In this document: positions 39,064 to 48,158 of the stretch, piece by piece
How the letters are laid out: the number at the start of each line of letters is the position of its first letter
How positions within the stretch are numbered: position 1 is the stretch's first letter
Source of the DNA: Escherichia phage 241Ecol014PP
DNA length: 64,000 nt
Direction: 5' to 3' (one strand)
Sequence record: OR062943.1
Made by a program: the position numbers and the translations under genes
Notes under the pieces: model-generated
Told to the model about the DNA's origin: nothing
Seen by the model: only the letters and a program-made list of their open reading frames with translations
Database searches by the model: none

Positions 39064-40247
39064 TGTCAAGAAACGTATTCGAAAGTGGTCAAATCACTGT
39101 CCGTGAGTTGCCAGCTATTATTCAGTTTGCCCAACGTCATAGCCGATCTGTCCTAATTTTGGGACCAATGGGTGTGGGTAAAAGCCAGGTGATGAAGCAG
39201 ATCGCTGATAATATGTTCGGTGAGCGAGATGACAACCTTATTGACGTGCGACTGTCAGATAAAGATCCTGCCGACTTATCTGGGCTACCTATCCCTGTAG
39301 AAGCGGATGGAACTACACGTACAGTGTTTGCAATTCCAGAATTTTGGCCTGCGGATCCTGACTGGAGCGGAATTATCTTTCTGGATGAGCTCACTCATGC
39401 AGATAACTACCTGCAAAAGGTTGCAATGCAAATTATGCTTGACCACAAGTGCGGCACCTATGCATTCCCTAAGGGTTCTGTTTTTGTGGCTGCGGGTAAC
39501 CGTTCTACAGATGGTGCGGTTCTTTCGGCGCTCGAAGCCCCTCTGGCTAACCGTTTTATCATTGTAGAGGTTACAAGCAATGCAGAGGTGTTTATTGAGG
39601 ACTACGCATTCCTTAATGGGGTGCATTCCTCTGTAATTGGATATTTGAAAAGAGTTCCCTCAGCTATCGATAATTATGAGGCCATGGCTGAGATTAATTG
39701 TCCATCTTTTGCCACACCGCGATCTTGGGTTGCTGCATCTGATATCTTGCACGATTTTGACAGCGGTATTATTTCTGACGCTATGGCCCGTGTTCTTCTG
39801 CAAGGTGCTATTGGTCACACTGCAGCGGTAGAGATCTGGACCTACCACACCAAGAAGCGCAACTTACCGGAAATTGGTCGGATTATGGCAGGGGGTTGCA
39901 AAGAATACGTCGGTCCTAAACAGCCAGACATCTTGTGGATTCTTGGATCTGAAGGTTGTATCGCTATTCGTAATATGATGGAAAATGCAAGTATCTCAGA
40001 CGAAGATCTTGTCAGCTGCGTGGCAAACTTCCTTGATTTCCTTTGGGAAAACTTCAAGGACGAGAACCGAGATTTTGTATTCTCAGTCTTTATGGCGATG
40101 ATGAAACCTAATGCCTTAGGAAATGCCTTGCTTATCGGTAAAGGGCGTGACAAGATCGTTGCTCAACTGATCAAAGCGTATCCAAACCTGATGAAGATTG
40201 TAAAAGAGTTTGGTGAAGAGTTTAGCGCCATTTTAGCTAAAGCTTGA
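39063..40247 (+). CDS. MoxR/CobS-like AAA+ ATPase (AAA_5 type)
   Basis: 394 aa; Walker A LILGPMGVGKSQ, Walker B IIFLDELTHA. Confidence 0.75.
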   Translation: MSRNVFESGQITVRELPAIIQFAQRHSRSVLILGPMGVGKSQVMKQIADNMFGERDDNLIDVRLSDKDPADLSGLPIPVEADGTTRTVFAIPEFWPADPDWSGIIFLDELTHADNYLQKVAMQIMLDHKCGTYAFPKGSVFVAAGNRSTDGAVLSALEAPLANRFIIVEVTSNAEVFIEDYAFLNGVHSSVIGYLKRVPSAIDNYEAMAEINCPSFATPRSWVAASDILHDFDSGIISDAMARVLLQGAIGHTAAVEIWTYHTKKRNLPEIGRIMAGGCKEYVGPKQPDILWILGSEGCIAIRNMMENASISDEDLVSCVANFLDFLWENFKDENRDFVFSVFMAMMKPNALGNALLIGKGRDKIVAQLIKAYPNLMKIVKEFGEEFSAILAKA

Positions 40248-40256
40248 GGAGGTTGT

Positions 40257-40637
40257 ATGGCTAAAGTAGGTAAGCGGGGAAACTACTTGGTAGTATTGAC
40301 CGAGGAGCCGGAGAAGGAGTACGAATGCAGCTCCACTTGCGTGATCGATATCCGAGAAAAAGATGTAGATGAAATCTGGTTTGAAATATTAGACGCTTGC
40401 GACAGCAGTGATTATTTCTTCATCTATGTCAACGATAAGGCTGGGTTCTTCCATGACGACGGAGAGTTGCCATATGAAATCTATGAACTTGTAGAGGCTT
40501 GCCATCGTGGAGATGCAGAGTTGTTTGGCCTACGGCTGAAAAGTGGTAAATTCTTCTATCAAGATGAGTGCATGAATCTTCATAACTTTGTAGAGGGAAC
40601 TTGCAACGATGGAGAGATTTTGGCACACTACGATTAA
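40257..40637 (+). CDS. hypothetical protein
   Basis: 126 aa; RBS GGAGG. Confidence 0.45.
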   Translation: MAKVGKRGNYLVVLTEEPEKEYECSSTCVIDIREKDVDEIWFEILDACDSSDYFFIYVNDKAGFFHDDGELPYEIYELVEACHRGDAELFGLRLKSGKFFYQDECMNLHNFVEGTCNDGEILAHYD

Positions 40638-40649
40638 TTTCTAAGACAC

Positions 40650-40676
40650 CCCCGCTTCGGCGGGGATTTTCTATTT
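40650..40676 (+). terminator. rho-independent terminator (UUCG tetraloop)
   Basis: CCCCGC-ttcg-GCGGGG then ATTTTCTATTT. Confidence 0.7.
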
Positions 40677-40685
40677 GGAGTTATT

Positions 40686-41186
40686 GTGAAAATTAAGATC
40701 TTTGCTATTATTTTGAGCGCATTTTTATCGCTGCCTGTTGTTGCAGCACCAAAACAAAAAGTATATCATACTTGCAAGCCCTCAGATACTAAGGAAAACA
40801 TTCTGGCATGCAATATCTACAGGGAAGCTAGAGGAGATGGCACGATGGGTATGCTGGCATCTGGGTTTGCCACACTGAACAGGAAATCCCACCCTAAATA
40901 CCCAGACACTATAAGAAAGATTGTCTACCAACCTAACCAATTTTCGTGGACAAACCACGGCAAAACTTTTAAGGTGACAGAAAAAGATTCATGGGATCAC
41001 GCTAAAAGTCTTGCAAAGATGCTTCTAAAGGTTTATAATAACAACCATGTTGCATACATGGCTATGGATATAACAGGTGGAGCAACACACTACCATACAA
41101 CCAAAGTACGACCGAAATGGGCAAAAAAGATGCAGAGGACAGCTCAATTCGGGAACCATATCTACTACAAGGAGCGCAATAAATGA
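40686..41186 (+). CDS. secreted cell-wall hydrolase, SleB/Hydrolase_2-like (candidate endolysin)
   Basis: 166 aa; GTG start with GGAG; N-terminal signal-like KIFAIILSAFLSLPVVAAP; motifs YREARGDG, NQFSW, ATHYH. Confidence 0.65.
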   Translation: MKIKIFAIILSAFLSLPVVAAPKQKVYHTCKPSDTKENILACNIYREARGDGTMGMLASGFATLNRKSHPKYPDTIRKIVYQPNQFSWTNHGKTFKVTEKDSWDHAKSLAKMLLKVYNNNHVAYMAMDITGGATHYHTTKVRPKWAKKMQRTAQFGNHIYYKERNK

Positions 41187-43165
41187 TTGTAAACAGTAAT
41201 GAAACTAAAGCAGTGCTAACCGGAAATATGGAGGTCACCAGGGGCTCAATTTCTCTGAACAAAGAGACTTTTGGGCTAATCATTAAAGGGATTTACGAAG
41301 ATAAGGTGCTGGCAAGCTGCCGTGAACCAATCTTCAATGCTGTAGACTCCCATGTTGAGTCTGGACGGGGTGATGTACCGATCATCATTCACTCCCCTAC
41401 AGACCTTGAACCATACTTCTTTGTGCAGGACGTTGGATTGGGCATGTCAGAAGAGATGGTCCGCAACACGTTCATGAACCTTGGAGAGTCAACCAAGCGC
41501 AACAGCAACGCTCTGGTAGGTAATAAAGGTGTTGGTTCAAAGGCTCCGTTCAGCATGGTGGACACTTTCGATGTTATCAGTGTGCACAATGGTGTTGAAA
41601 GCACATATCTATTGTTCTTGGATCAGGGTATCCCAAACGTTACCAAGATCCGCGAGCGGAAGACTAAAGAGCACAACGGGGTAAAAGTTCAGTTTCATGT
41701 TAAGAAAGAGCATGTCCTGAAATATCGCACTGCTATTGCATCGTGCTTACGCTACGCGAAGTTTCCGTTCACCGTCACCGATCCCATGACCAGTAAGATG
41801 CTGGAAGGTGACAAGGTTGAGGCGCAGTATCAATACGAGAAAGATGGTTGGAAAATGACCATCCTGAAAGGTTATACCAGCTCTGACGAGAGTCGCGTGG
41901 TAATGGGTCACCAACCTTACCGCTCCAAGTTCCTGGAAACATTAACCGATTATCCTGCGATCTGTGTAGAAATCCCTATCGGGGATTGCAATATTAACCC
42001 TGGGCGCGAATGGACCATAGAGGGTCACGACGATGGTGGATTCCAAGAGCGTTTGGAGGCTTTTGTCAAAGAAGGTATCCGTCTTCGTGGGGCAGAAGTT
42101 GTTGCAGAACTGGAGACGGCAAAAACCTCCGCAGAAGCACGTGAAATGATGAAGAATAGTGGAGTGTTCGGACACATCTTCGGCAAAAACTTTATGTGGA
42201 ACCGTTGGGAAGAAACAGGGCTTGGCGACTTAGGCGATTGTGAAATTTTCGCTGGCGGCTTAAATAAAGGCCGCATAGGCTATGCTCGTTACGGAAAGTC
42301 GGAGTTCTTACGGGGGGTCTACTTAGTATTTAACGACGGAGACGGCAAATATAACCGAAATAAGTGTAACTACTTAAGCGAGATCACCGGACGCAACGTT
42401 TTCTATTGCCGTAACACGGATCTGGTGGAAGAGTTTAAAGAAGCGGCACACCACCCGTTCTTTGCAGATACGGTCAAATTGTTATCAGAGCTCCCTCGCC
42501 GACCTGTAAAGAAAGGTGAAACAAAAACTCACTATGAGCCAGGGTATTGGGTTAAAAAACTTGAGAAAGACGGTTACTTCCGTCGTGAGCGTATTACTAA
42601 GGCAGAGTTCAAGAAGATTAAGCACTGCATTCCTTATGAGGGTGATATCCAACGTGGAAGTTGTTGGCTGGGACAGCTAAGTAACATCTACCAGCAAAAT
42701 TATGACCGTGTGCGTGCGGCACTCCAGATTCCTGAAGGGGAAGATCTGTACCTGGTATCAGAATCTCGTCTGCTTTGGACTGATCCTGATTGCCAGTATG
42801 TTACAGAGAAGAATGTGGAACATTTGTTGAAAGAGGATGCTTGGAAATTCTTACTAACTCGCGCAGCAAATGAAACTTCATATGACAGCCTGTATAGACA
42901 ATTAGGGAAAATTATCCCCATGCAAGATTTTGGAAATTATCAGCCACATTTCCACAAGTGGGAAGGTAACACCACGTGGAAGCACAGTGAGCTAAATCAT
43001 CGTGCCAAAATCTTAATCGCCAACCGAGTCAAGTGCGGGAAGGCCTATATTGCAAGATTGGAAAAGAAATACCCACTTTTGAAGCATGTAGGCTTGAAAT
43101 ATTGGGACACCCCTGCTATGATTGAATACCGTGAACTGATTGACACAAAGAATAACACCAACTAA
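41183..43165 (+). CDS. rIIA: rIIA-like protein with GHKL/HATPase_c fold
   Basis: 660 aa; N-terminus MIVNSNETKAVLTG resembles T4 rIIA start; Bergerat motifs FNAVDSH, VQDVGLGMS, GNKGVGSKAPFS. Confidence 0.7.
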   Translation: MIVNSNETKAVLTGNMEVTRGSISLNKETFGLIIKGIYEDKVLASCREPIFNAVDSHVESGRGDVPIIIHSPTDLEPYFFVQDVGLGMSEEMVRNTFMNLGESTKRNSNALVGNKGVGSKAPFSMVDTFDVISVHNGVESTYLLFLDQGIPNVTKIRERKTKEHNGVKVQFHVKKEHVLKYRTAIASCLRYAKFPFTVTDPMTSKMLEGDKVEAQYQYEKDGWKMTILKGYTSSDESRVVMGHQPYRSKFLETLTDYPAICVEIPIGDCNINPGREWTIEGHDDGGFQERLEAFVKEGIRLRGAEVVAELETAKTSAEAREMMKNSGVFGHIFGKNFMWNRWEETGLGDLGDCEIFAGGLNKGRIGYARYGKSEFLRGVYLVFNDGDGKYNRNKCNYLSEITGRNVFYCRNTDLVEEFKEAAHHPFFADTVKLLSELPRRPVKKGETKTHYEPGYWVKKLEKDGYFRRERITKAEFKKIKHCIPYEGDIQRGSCWLGQLSNIYQQNYDRVRAALQIPEGEDLYLVSESRLLWTDPDCQYVTEKNVEHLLKEDAWKFLLTRAANETSYDSLYRQLGKIIPMQDFGNYQPHFHKWEGNTTWKHSELNHRAKILIANRVKCGKAYIARLEKKYPLLKHVGLKYWDTPAMIEYRELIDTKNNTN

Positions 43166-43175
43166 GGAGACCAAG

Positions 43176-44381
43176 ATGATTTTCATCTACGAACATTTCA
43201 AAACTCGTAAAGAAGCACGCGACCGCCGTGCAGAACTTGAGAGGAAGGGTTTCACATGTGCCATTGAGAAAGGTAACACAACCTGGACACTGGCAGTGGG
43301 TGCCCCAGAGGTGTTCGATCCTGACCGTGACAGCGTCTGCTACACCCGTGAGGATTTTGAAACCCGTGAAGAGGCCCGTTTATTCCGCTATGGACTGGAA
43401 GACAACGGTAAGTACGCCATGATCTTAGACTTAGGTGAGGGTTCCGTTAAACGTTGGGGTGTGGTATACCCACTGTGTGTTGTTCACGGTGTGGGGTTCA
43501 CTGGGGTGGCAATCAAGTCAGAAGAACCTTTAGTAGAAGTCAAAGATCCGGTGCTGGAGGTGGTGAGCAGTGTGTCTCAGCAACAGACTCGAAGCATCGA
43601 GCCTTTAGTGGTTATTTGCGGGGAACTCCTCCAGATCACCTGCAACGAAGGCATTTTTGAAATTCGCCGCAGTGAAAGTGAGGAAGTTTACCAGAAAGTC
43701 TTCGACCATATCTCTGTTCAGGAATATGACGAGGCAATTGGTGAAATCCTTGTCTGGTTGGAACGCAAGAATGAGTTCACCACACTTGCAGACAACCTGA
43801 TCATGAAGGATGGTAAGCTCTACTACTACGGTGTAGAGATGCGATCCACCATTGCAAAGAAAATTGAGAAAGATTATGCAGACGGAACACTGGATGACCG
43901 CTATGTGAAATTCTTAGTTCGCCTGCTACGCAATCCTTCTGCAAAATCTGTAAACATGCTCTACGATTTTATGCAGGCCAATGATATTCAGATTGCAGAA
44001 GATGGTCGAATCATTTGCTACAAAGGGGTTCAGTTTAACGGAAGCAAGTGGGTGGACTGGCACAGTGGTAAAGTTCCACAATACCAGGGTGCTTTTGTAT
44101 CCATGCCTCGTAACTTTGTAGAGGATGATCCGGAAGCTGCGTGCTCCTATGGCTTACACTGCGCCAGCAAAGAGTATGCAAAGAGCTACGGTACTGTAAT
44201 GACTGTCATGGTTGATCCTGCAGATGTGGTTAGTGTGCCATACCAACACAATAGCGCCAAGTGCCGTGCATGCCGATATGAGATTGTGGTAGCTCCGGAA
44301 GCACGCAAGGACGGAGACCCGATTGAATACGTGGTTGACCGAGACGGCAACACTATCGACATTCTTTACGAGGAGGCGTAA
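43176..44381 (+). CDS. rIIB: rIIB-like protein
   Basis: ATG 43176 with RBS AAGGAG (track start 43140 overlaps rIIA); C-terminal blocks LYDFMQANDIQIAEDGRIICYKGV, CSYGLHCASKEY, DVVSVPYQHNSAKCRACRYEIV match T4 rIIB from memory. Confidence 0.6.
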   Translation: MIFIYEHFKTRKEARDRRAELERKGFTCAIEKGNTTWTLAVGAPEVFDPDRDSVCYTREDFETREEARLFRYGLEDNGKYAMILDLGEGSVKRWGVVYPLCVVHGVGFTGVAIKSEEPLVEVKDPVLEVVSSVSQQQTRSIEPLVVICGELLQITCNEGIFEIRRSESEEVYQKVFDHISVQEYDEAIGEILVWLERKNEFTTLADNLIMKDGKLYYYGVEMRSTIAKKIEKDYADGTLDDRYVKFLVRLLRNPSAKSVNMLYDFMQANDIQIAEDGRIICYKGVQFNGSKWVDWHSGKVPQYQGAFVSMPRNFVEDDPEAACSYGLHCASKEYAKSYGTVMTVMVDPADVVSVPYQHNSAKCRACRYEIVVAPEARKDGDPIEYVVDRDGNTIDILYEEA

Positions 44382-45751
44382 TGGAAAAAGGGCAGTATGA
44401 TGTAGGCACAGATGCTGCCCTCGTTGCAATCATGAGCGGTGAGAATGTCTTCGTTTCAGGACCTGCAGGTTGTGGGAAGACGTACCTCATCAACATGATC
44501 CAGTCAATGTATGGGGACTCTTGCATAACGGTTGCCCCGACAGGGGTAGCCGCTTTAAACGTTAATGGAGCAACAGCACACCGAACCTTCGATCTTGCAG
44601 CAGGTGTGAGCATGGAGTCAGACTGGACCGCAATAAGGGCAAAAACAGCAAAGCCTTTGAAAAGCAAGGCATTTACCATCCTAATTATCGATGAAATCTC
44701 TATGATCCGTGCTGATAAGTTTATAGAGATGGATAGGAAACTTCGCTTCCTTCGAAAAAATGACAAACCTTTCGGAGGCATACAGGTCATATTGTTTGGC
44801 GATTTTTACCAGGCACCTCCTGTTGTCTCTTCTATGGAGAAGGAGGCCTACTTCAACTTCTACCATACAGACCTGTGTTGCTATACCGAATCTTGGAAAG
44901 AGCTTGACCTCCACAACATAGCCCTAATAGATCAGTTCCGACAGGAGTCTATTCGATTTGCCACAATGCTCAACTGTGTTCGTGAGGGTCGTCGCATAAA
45001 AGAGGTTGTAGCAGAGCTTAATGCTCGCTGTTACAAAGGTGGTGTACCAACAGACGCTCTCACAATTTGCGCCACCAACAAACAAGCAGAGGAAGTGAAC
45101 AGAAGGTTCTATGATGCCATCAACGCCCCAGAGAAGGTATACACTGGTGAAATGAAGGGTAAGTTTCCCTCCACCCTGCCAGTTGAGCAGGAGATGAAGT
45201 TGAAAATTGGCATGAAAGTTATGATAACCGCCAACGATGTTGACCCGACGCACAAAGTACCTTATTATGTTAACGGAACACGTGCCACAATTGTTAAATT
45301 TAAGAACAAGGCGGTGGTGGTAGAGCTTGAAGATGGAACACAGGTTGACATAGAGCAGAGGTTATGGGAGAATAACGAGTATAAGCCATCTCAGAGATAC
45401 AACATTGCAGAAAGGAAGATGGAGAAGTTTATAGAGAGGGTAGTGATTGGGTCATACAAGCAACTTCCTCTGAAATCTGGGTACGCCGTAACATCTCATA
45501 AAAGTCAAGGACTTACGCTAGATTGTTACAACCTAGACCTTGGAAAGAACGGAGCTTTCTCTCCTGGGATGACATATGTCGCTTTGAGTAGAGTTAAGAC
45601 AATACAAGGAATAAACTTGTTGCGTCCACTAAGAGAAGTTGACATTATTGTTGACCCGCGAGTCGTAGAGTTTTACAATACAACATTCCCTGACTTAGAC
45701 AAAATTGTCAGGAAAGATTTTGAAACCAGAGCCGAAGAGGGGGACGTATGA
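44381..45751 (+). CDS. Dda/Pif1/RecD-family SF1 helicase
   Basis: 456 aa; Walker A GPAGCGKTY; C-terminal YAVTSHKSQGLTLD. Confidence 0.75.
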   Translation: MEKGQYDVGTDAALVAIMSGENVFVSGPAGCGKTYLINMIQSMYGDSCITVAPTGVAALNVNGATAHRTFDLAAGVSMESDWTAIRAKTAKPLKSKAFTILIIDEISMIRADKFIEMDRKLRFLRKNDKPFGGIQVILFGDFYQAPPVVSSMEKEAYFNFYHTDLCCYTESWKELDLHNIALIDQFRQESIRFATMLNCVREGRRIKEVVAELNARCYKGGVPTDALTICATNKQAEEVNRRFYDAINAPEKVYTGEMKGKFPSTLPVEQEMKLKIGMKVMITANDVDPTHKVPYYVNGTRATIVKFKNKAVVVELEDGTQVDIEQRLWENNEYKPSQRYNIAERKMEKFIERVVIGSYKQLPLKSGYAVTSHKSQGLTLDCYNLDLGKNGAFSPGMTYVALSRVKTIQGINLLRPLREVDIIVDPRVVEFYNTTFPDLDKIVRKDFETRAEEGDV

Positions 45752-46089
45752 GTTTGTGGAGAAATATAGTTAACTACGTGTGTGGCAATCCAACTCCTGA
45801 AGAGAAGGATGTTGTGATTCACGATTTTACTAAAAGATCTCGTGAAAAAGATCTACTGCTAACAAAGGTGACTGATAAAGATCCTGCAGTAGGGGACTGG
45901 GCAGGTTTTGCGTTCACATCGGACAAATACACCTTTAACAAAGGTGACTACCTTGTTGTGGATTTTAACGAGGACATCGAGGGTGCTGAACCTTACTATC
46001 AGACCCTTATCGTTGCAGGGTGTGTTAATCTCTCTGCAGGTGTGCACAGTTTGATTCTTTTTGAGCTTGACTCTGAAGACCTCCAGTAG
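45748..46089 (+). CDS. hypothetical protein
   Basis: 113 aa; overlapping stop/start. Confidence 0.4.
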   Translation: MSLWRNIVNYVCGNPTPEEKDVVIHDFTKRSREKDLLLTKVTDKDPAVGDWAGFAFTSDKYTFNKGDYLVVDFNEDIEGAEPYYQTLIVAGCVNLSAGVHSLILFELDSEDLQ

Positions 46090-46106
46090 TAAGATGTGAG
46101 TATAAA

Positions 46107-46124
46107 GGGGAGGCACTCCTCCCC
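46107..46124 (+). other. intergenic GC stem-loop without downstream T tract
   Basis: GGGGAGG-cact-CCTCCCC between ORFs 45748-46089 and 46150-46452. Confidence 0.3.
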
Positions 46125-46149
46125 ACAAAAACTAAGGAAGCACTGAACG

Positions 46150-46452
46150 ATGAAACGTTATAAACCATACACTTTTGAAATCGATTTCGAACTTGACGAT
46201 ATGTTCACTGTAGAAGCTCAGGCAGTTGTCCAGTTGCCAGACCCGGAGTGCCGTGATTCTGATGTTGACTATTACGGATTTAGACAAATTACCGATGTGC
46301 ATGTTTACCACAACGGTGAAGAGGTGGACTTCCACAAACTGCCAAACGATATGCGCCACTCAATTTACAAACGTGCAGCCCGTGAACTAGAGTCCTATCT
46401 GGATGCAGCGACGACAGCAGCTGCATTTGCTGAAGAAGTGGGAGGTTTCTGA
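46150..46452 (+). CDS. hypothetical protein
   Basis: 100 aa; RBS AAGGAAG. Confidence 0.4.
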   Translation: MKRYKPYTFEIDFELDDMFTVEAQAVVQLPDPECRDSDVDYYGFRQITDVHVYHNGEEVDFHKLPNDMRHSIYKRAARELESYLDAATTAAAFAEEVGGF

Positions 46453-46847
46453 TGATTACAGGTGTGAAGGTTATCCAATACCACTTAACCAAATTGGAAG
46501 ATGCTGAAAAAGAGCTTGCAGAAGTTCTGAATAGTGGATATACTTTGCTATCATGCGCCTGCTCAGACACCTACGTTGTGTGGACACTTATCCGGAAGGA
46601 AGAGCCTGCAGGGATCTTGGTGCCAAACCATAAGATTATTAGTGAGGTGGATGACTACTCTCAGGACGGACTGCCGGAAGTATGGGAAGTATGGGAAGGT
46701 GGTGAAAATCCTGCACCAGGTAAGTGGGTAAAATACAAACTACGTAGCGGTGCACAGTACGCTGACTACTCTGATGACCTAGACTGGAGTCATTCTTCAC
46801 CAGGATCATCTGCAAGTTCATATGATATCATAGCTTTTCAGGAATAA
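46452..46847 (+). CDS. hypothetical protein
   Basis: 131 aa. Confidence 0.4.
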   Translation: MITGVKVIQYHLTKLEDAEKELAEVLNSGYTLLSCACSDTYVVWTLIRKEEPAGILVPNHKIISEVDDYSQDGLPEVWEVWEGGENPAPGKWVKYKLRSGAQYADYSDDLDWSHSSPGSSASSYDIIAFQE

Positions 46848-46859
46848 GGAGAAGAAGGT

Positions 46860-47342
46860 ATGTCAGATTTTATGTGGAAAGTAGGTTACGCAACCCCTGA
46901 AATGTGTGAGGCTTGCTTTGTTAAAATAGGCCGCGAGGATATCGACAAAGTGATCCTTAAGTTTCGTGATGTGGCTGTGATCGGCAACCGAGTGCTTAAG
47001 CACTTAAAGAATCTGAAGCTCACCAAAAAGAAGTTCTTCGGACTTTTCGAAGAGAAGGTTGATGCTTGGACTCATTGCATTCAGGAAGCCAAATCTCACT
47101 ACAGTGCCATCGTTACTCCAGAACGGGTAGCAAAGATGGAAGGATTCATCAACAGCACAGAATTTGAGTGCCTAAAGGCTGCCCTTGATAGCTATCCAAA
47201 GTGCCTCAAACACCTTGACAAGTATGCAGAAAAGGATGGTGAAATGTATCTCACCCTGGACGCATATTATGAGATGCAAGAAATTTTAAATTTAGATTTG
47301 ACATTGGTATCCACCGAGTATACAATAGGTATCCGGGTTTAA
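46860..47342 (+). CDS. hypothetical protein
   Basis: 160 aa; RBS GGAGAAGAAGG. Confidence 0.45.
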   Translation: MSDFMWKVGYATPEMCEACFVKIGREDIDKVILKFRDVAVIGNRVLKHLKNLKLTKKKFFGLFEEKVDAWTHCIQEAKSHYSAIVTPERVAKMEGFINSTEFECLKAALDSYPKCLKHLDKYAEKDGEMYLTLDAYYEMQEILNLDLTLVSTEYTIGIRV

Positions 47343-47348
47343 CACTAG

Positions 47349-47376
47349 GCCCTGCCCGAAAGGGTGGGGCTTTTTG
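47349..47376 (+). terminator. rho-independent terminator (GAAA tetraloop); identical hairpin recurs at 59993
   Basis: GCCCTGCCC-gaaa-GGGTGGGGC then TTTTTGCATT. Confidence 0.7.
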
Positions 47377-47393
47377 CATTAGGAGACAGCAAA

Positions 47394-48158
47394 TTGAAAT
47401 TTATCTACAAAGAACACTACCACAAAGGTGTTGTGTGGAGTCTATTTGACGGATCTGGTGGTGCAGTCATTGACTGGGCAAAAGCTGGGTACCTGTGCCT
47501 GTGCTTTAATGCAGAAGGTGCTGATCACGGCAGTTATGCAGAGGTGATAACCGATCATCACAACATTCACTATGTGGATTATTGGATTGACCCATGGTTC
47601 CCTCAGGAAACTTTTTGCATGTACCCAGCTCCAGACTTTATTCTTGCATTTCCTCCGTGCACGCATTTAGCGGTATCGGGTGCTGCACATTTTAAGAAAA
47701 AGCTGGCTAAGGACCCCATGATCCAAATTAATGCTGTAAAGGATGCTCGGGTTGCGGAAGAGCTGGGAGAGATTTACGATTGCCCGTGGCATGTAGAGAA
47801 TCCTGTTGGTGTTATGTCCACACTGTGGCGCAAACCTGATTACCGTTTTCATCCTTCTGACTATGGCGGGTATTTACCGGAGGATGATGTAAACCCCTGG
47901 TTTCCTGAATTTATAGCTCCACGTGATGCCTATCCAAAAATAACTTGCGGCTGGATAGGTAATGGATTTATAATCCCGGCCACAAAACCTGTCCCGCAAA
48001 TAGTTGACGCGGTTAGTGGGTATTCAATGCAACACGCCAAGCTGGGTGGAAAGAGTGCAAGAACGAAGATGATTCGAAGCCTCACACCACGTGGCTGGGC
48101 AAAAGCCGTATTCTTAGCAAACGAGCCTGCAGTAAGGAGCAGAATTAATGGGAAGTAA
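47394..48158 (+). CDS. DNA (cytosine-5)-methyltransferase-like protein
   Basis: Start taken as TTG 47394 with RBS AGGAGA (track GTG 47364 lies inside terminator stem); motif I LFDGSGG, motif IV FPPCTHLAVSG, motif VI-like HVENPVG. Confidence 0.5.
   Translation: MKFIYKEHYHKGVVWSLFDGSGGAVIDWAKAGYLCLCFNAEGADHGSYAEVITDHHNIHYVDYWIDPWFPQETFCMYPAPDFILAFPPCTHLAVSGAAHFKKKLAKDPMIQINAVKDARVAEELGEIYDCPWHVENPVGVMSTLWRKPDYRFHPSDYGGYLPEDDVNPWFPEFIAPRDAYPKITCGWIGNGFIIPATKPVPQIVDAVSGYSMQHAKLGGKSARTKMIRSLTPRGWAKAVFLANEPAVRSRINGK

Noticed and set aside
47364-47393. GTG start at 47364 for the methyltransferase-like ORF
   Set aside because: Lies inside the terminator stem; the downstream TTG at 47394 has a proper AGGAGA RBS.
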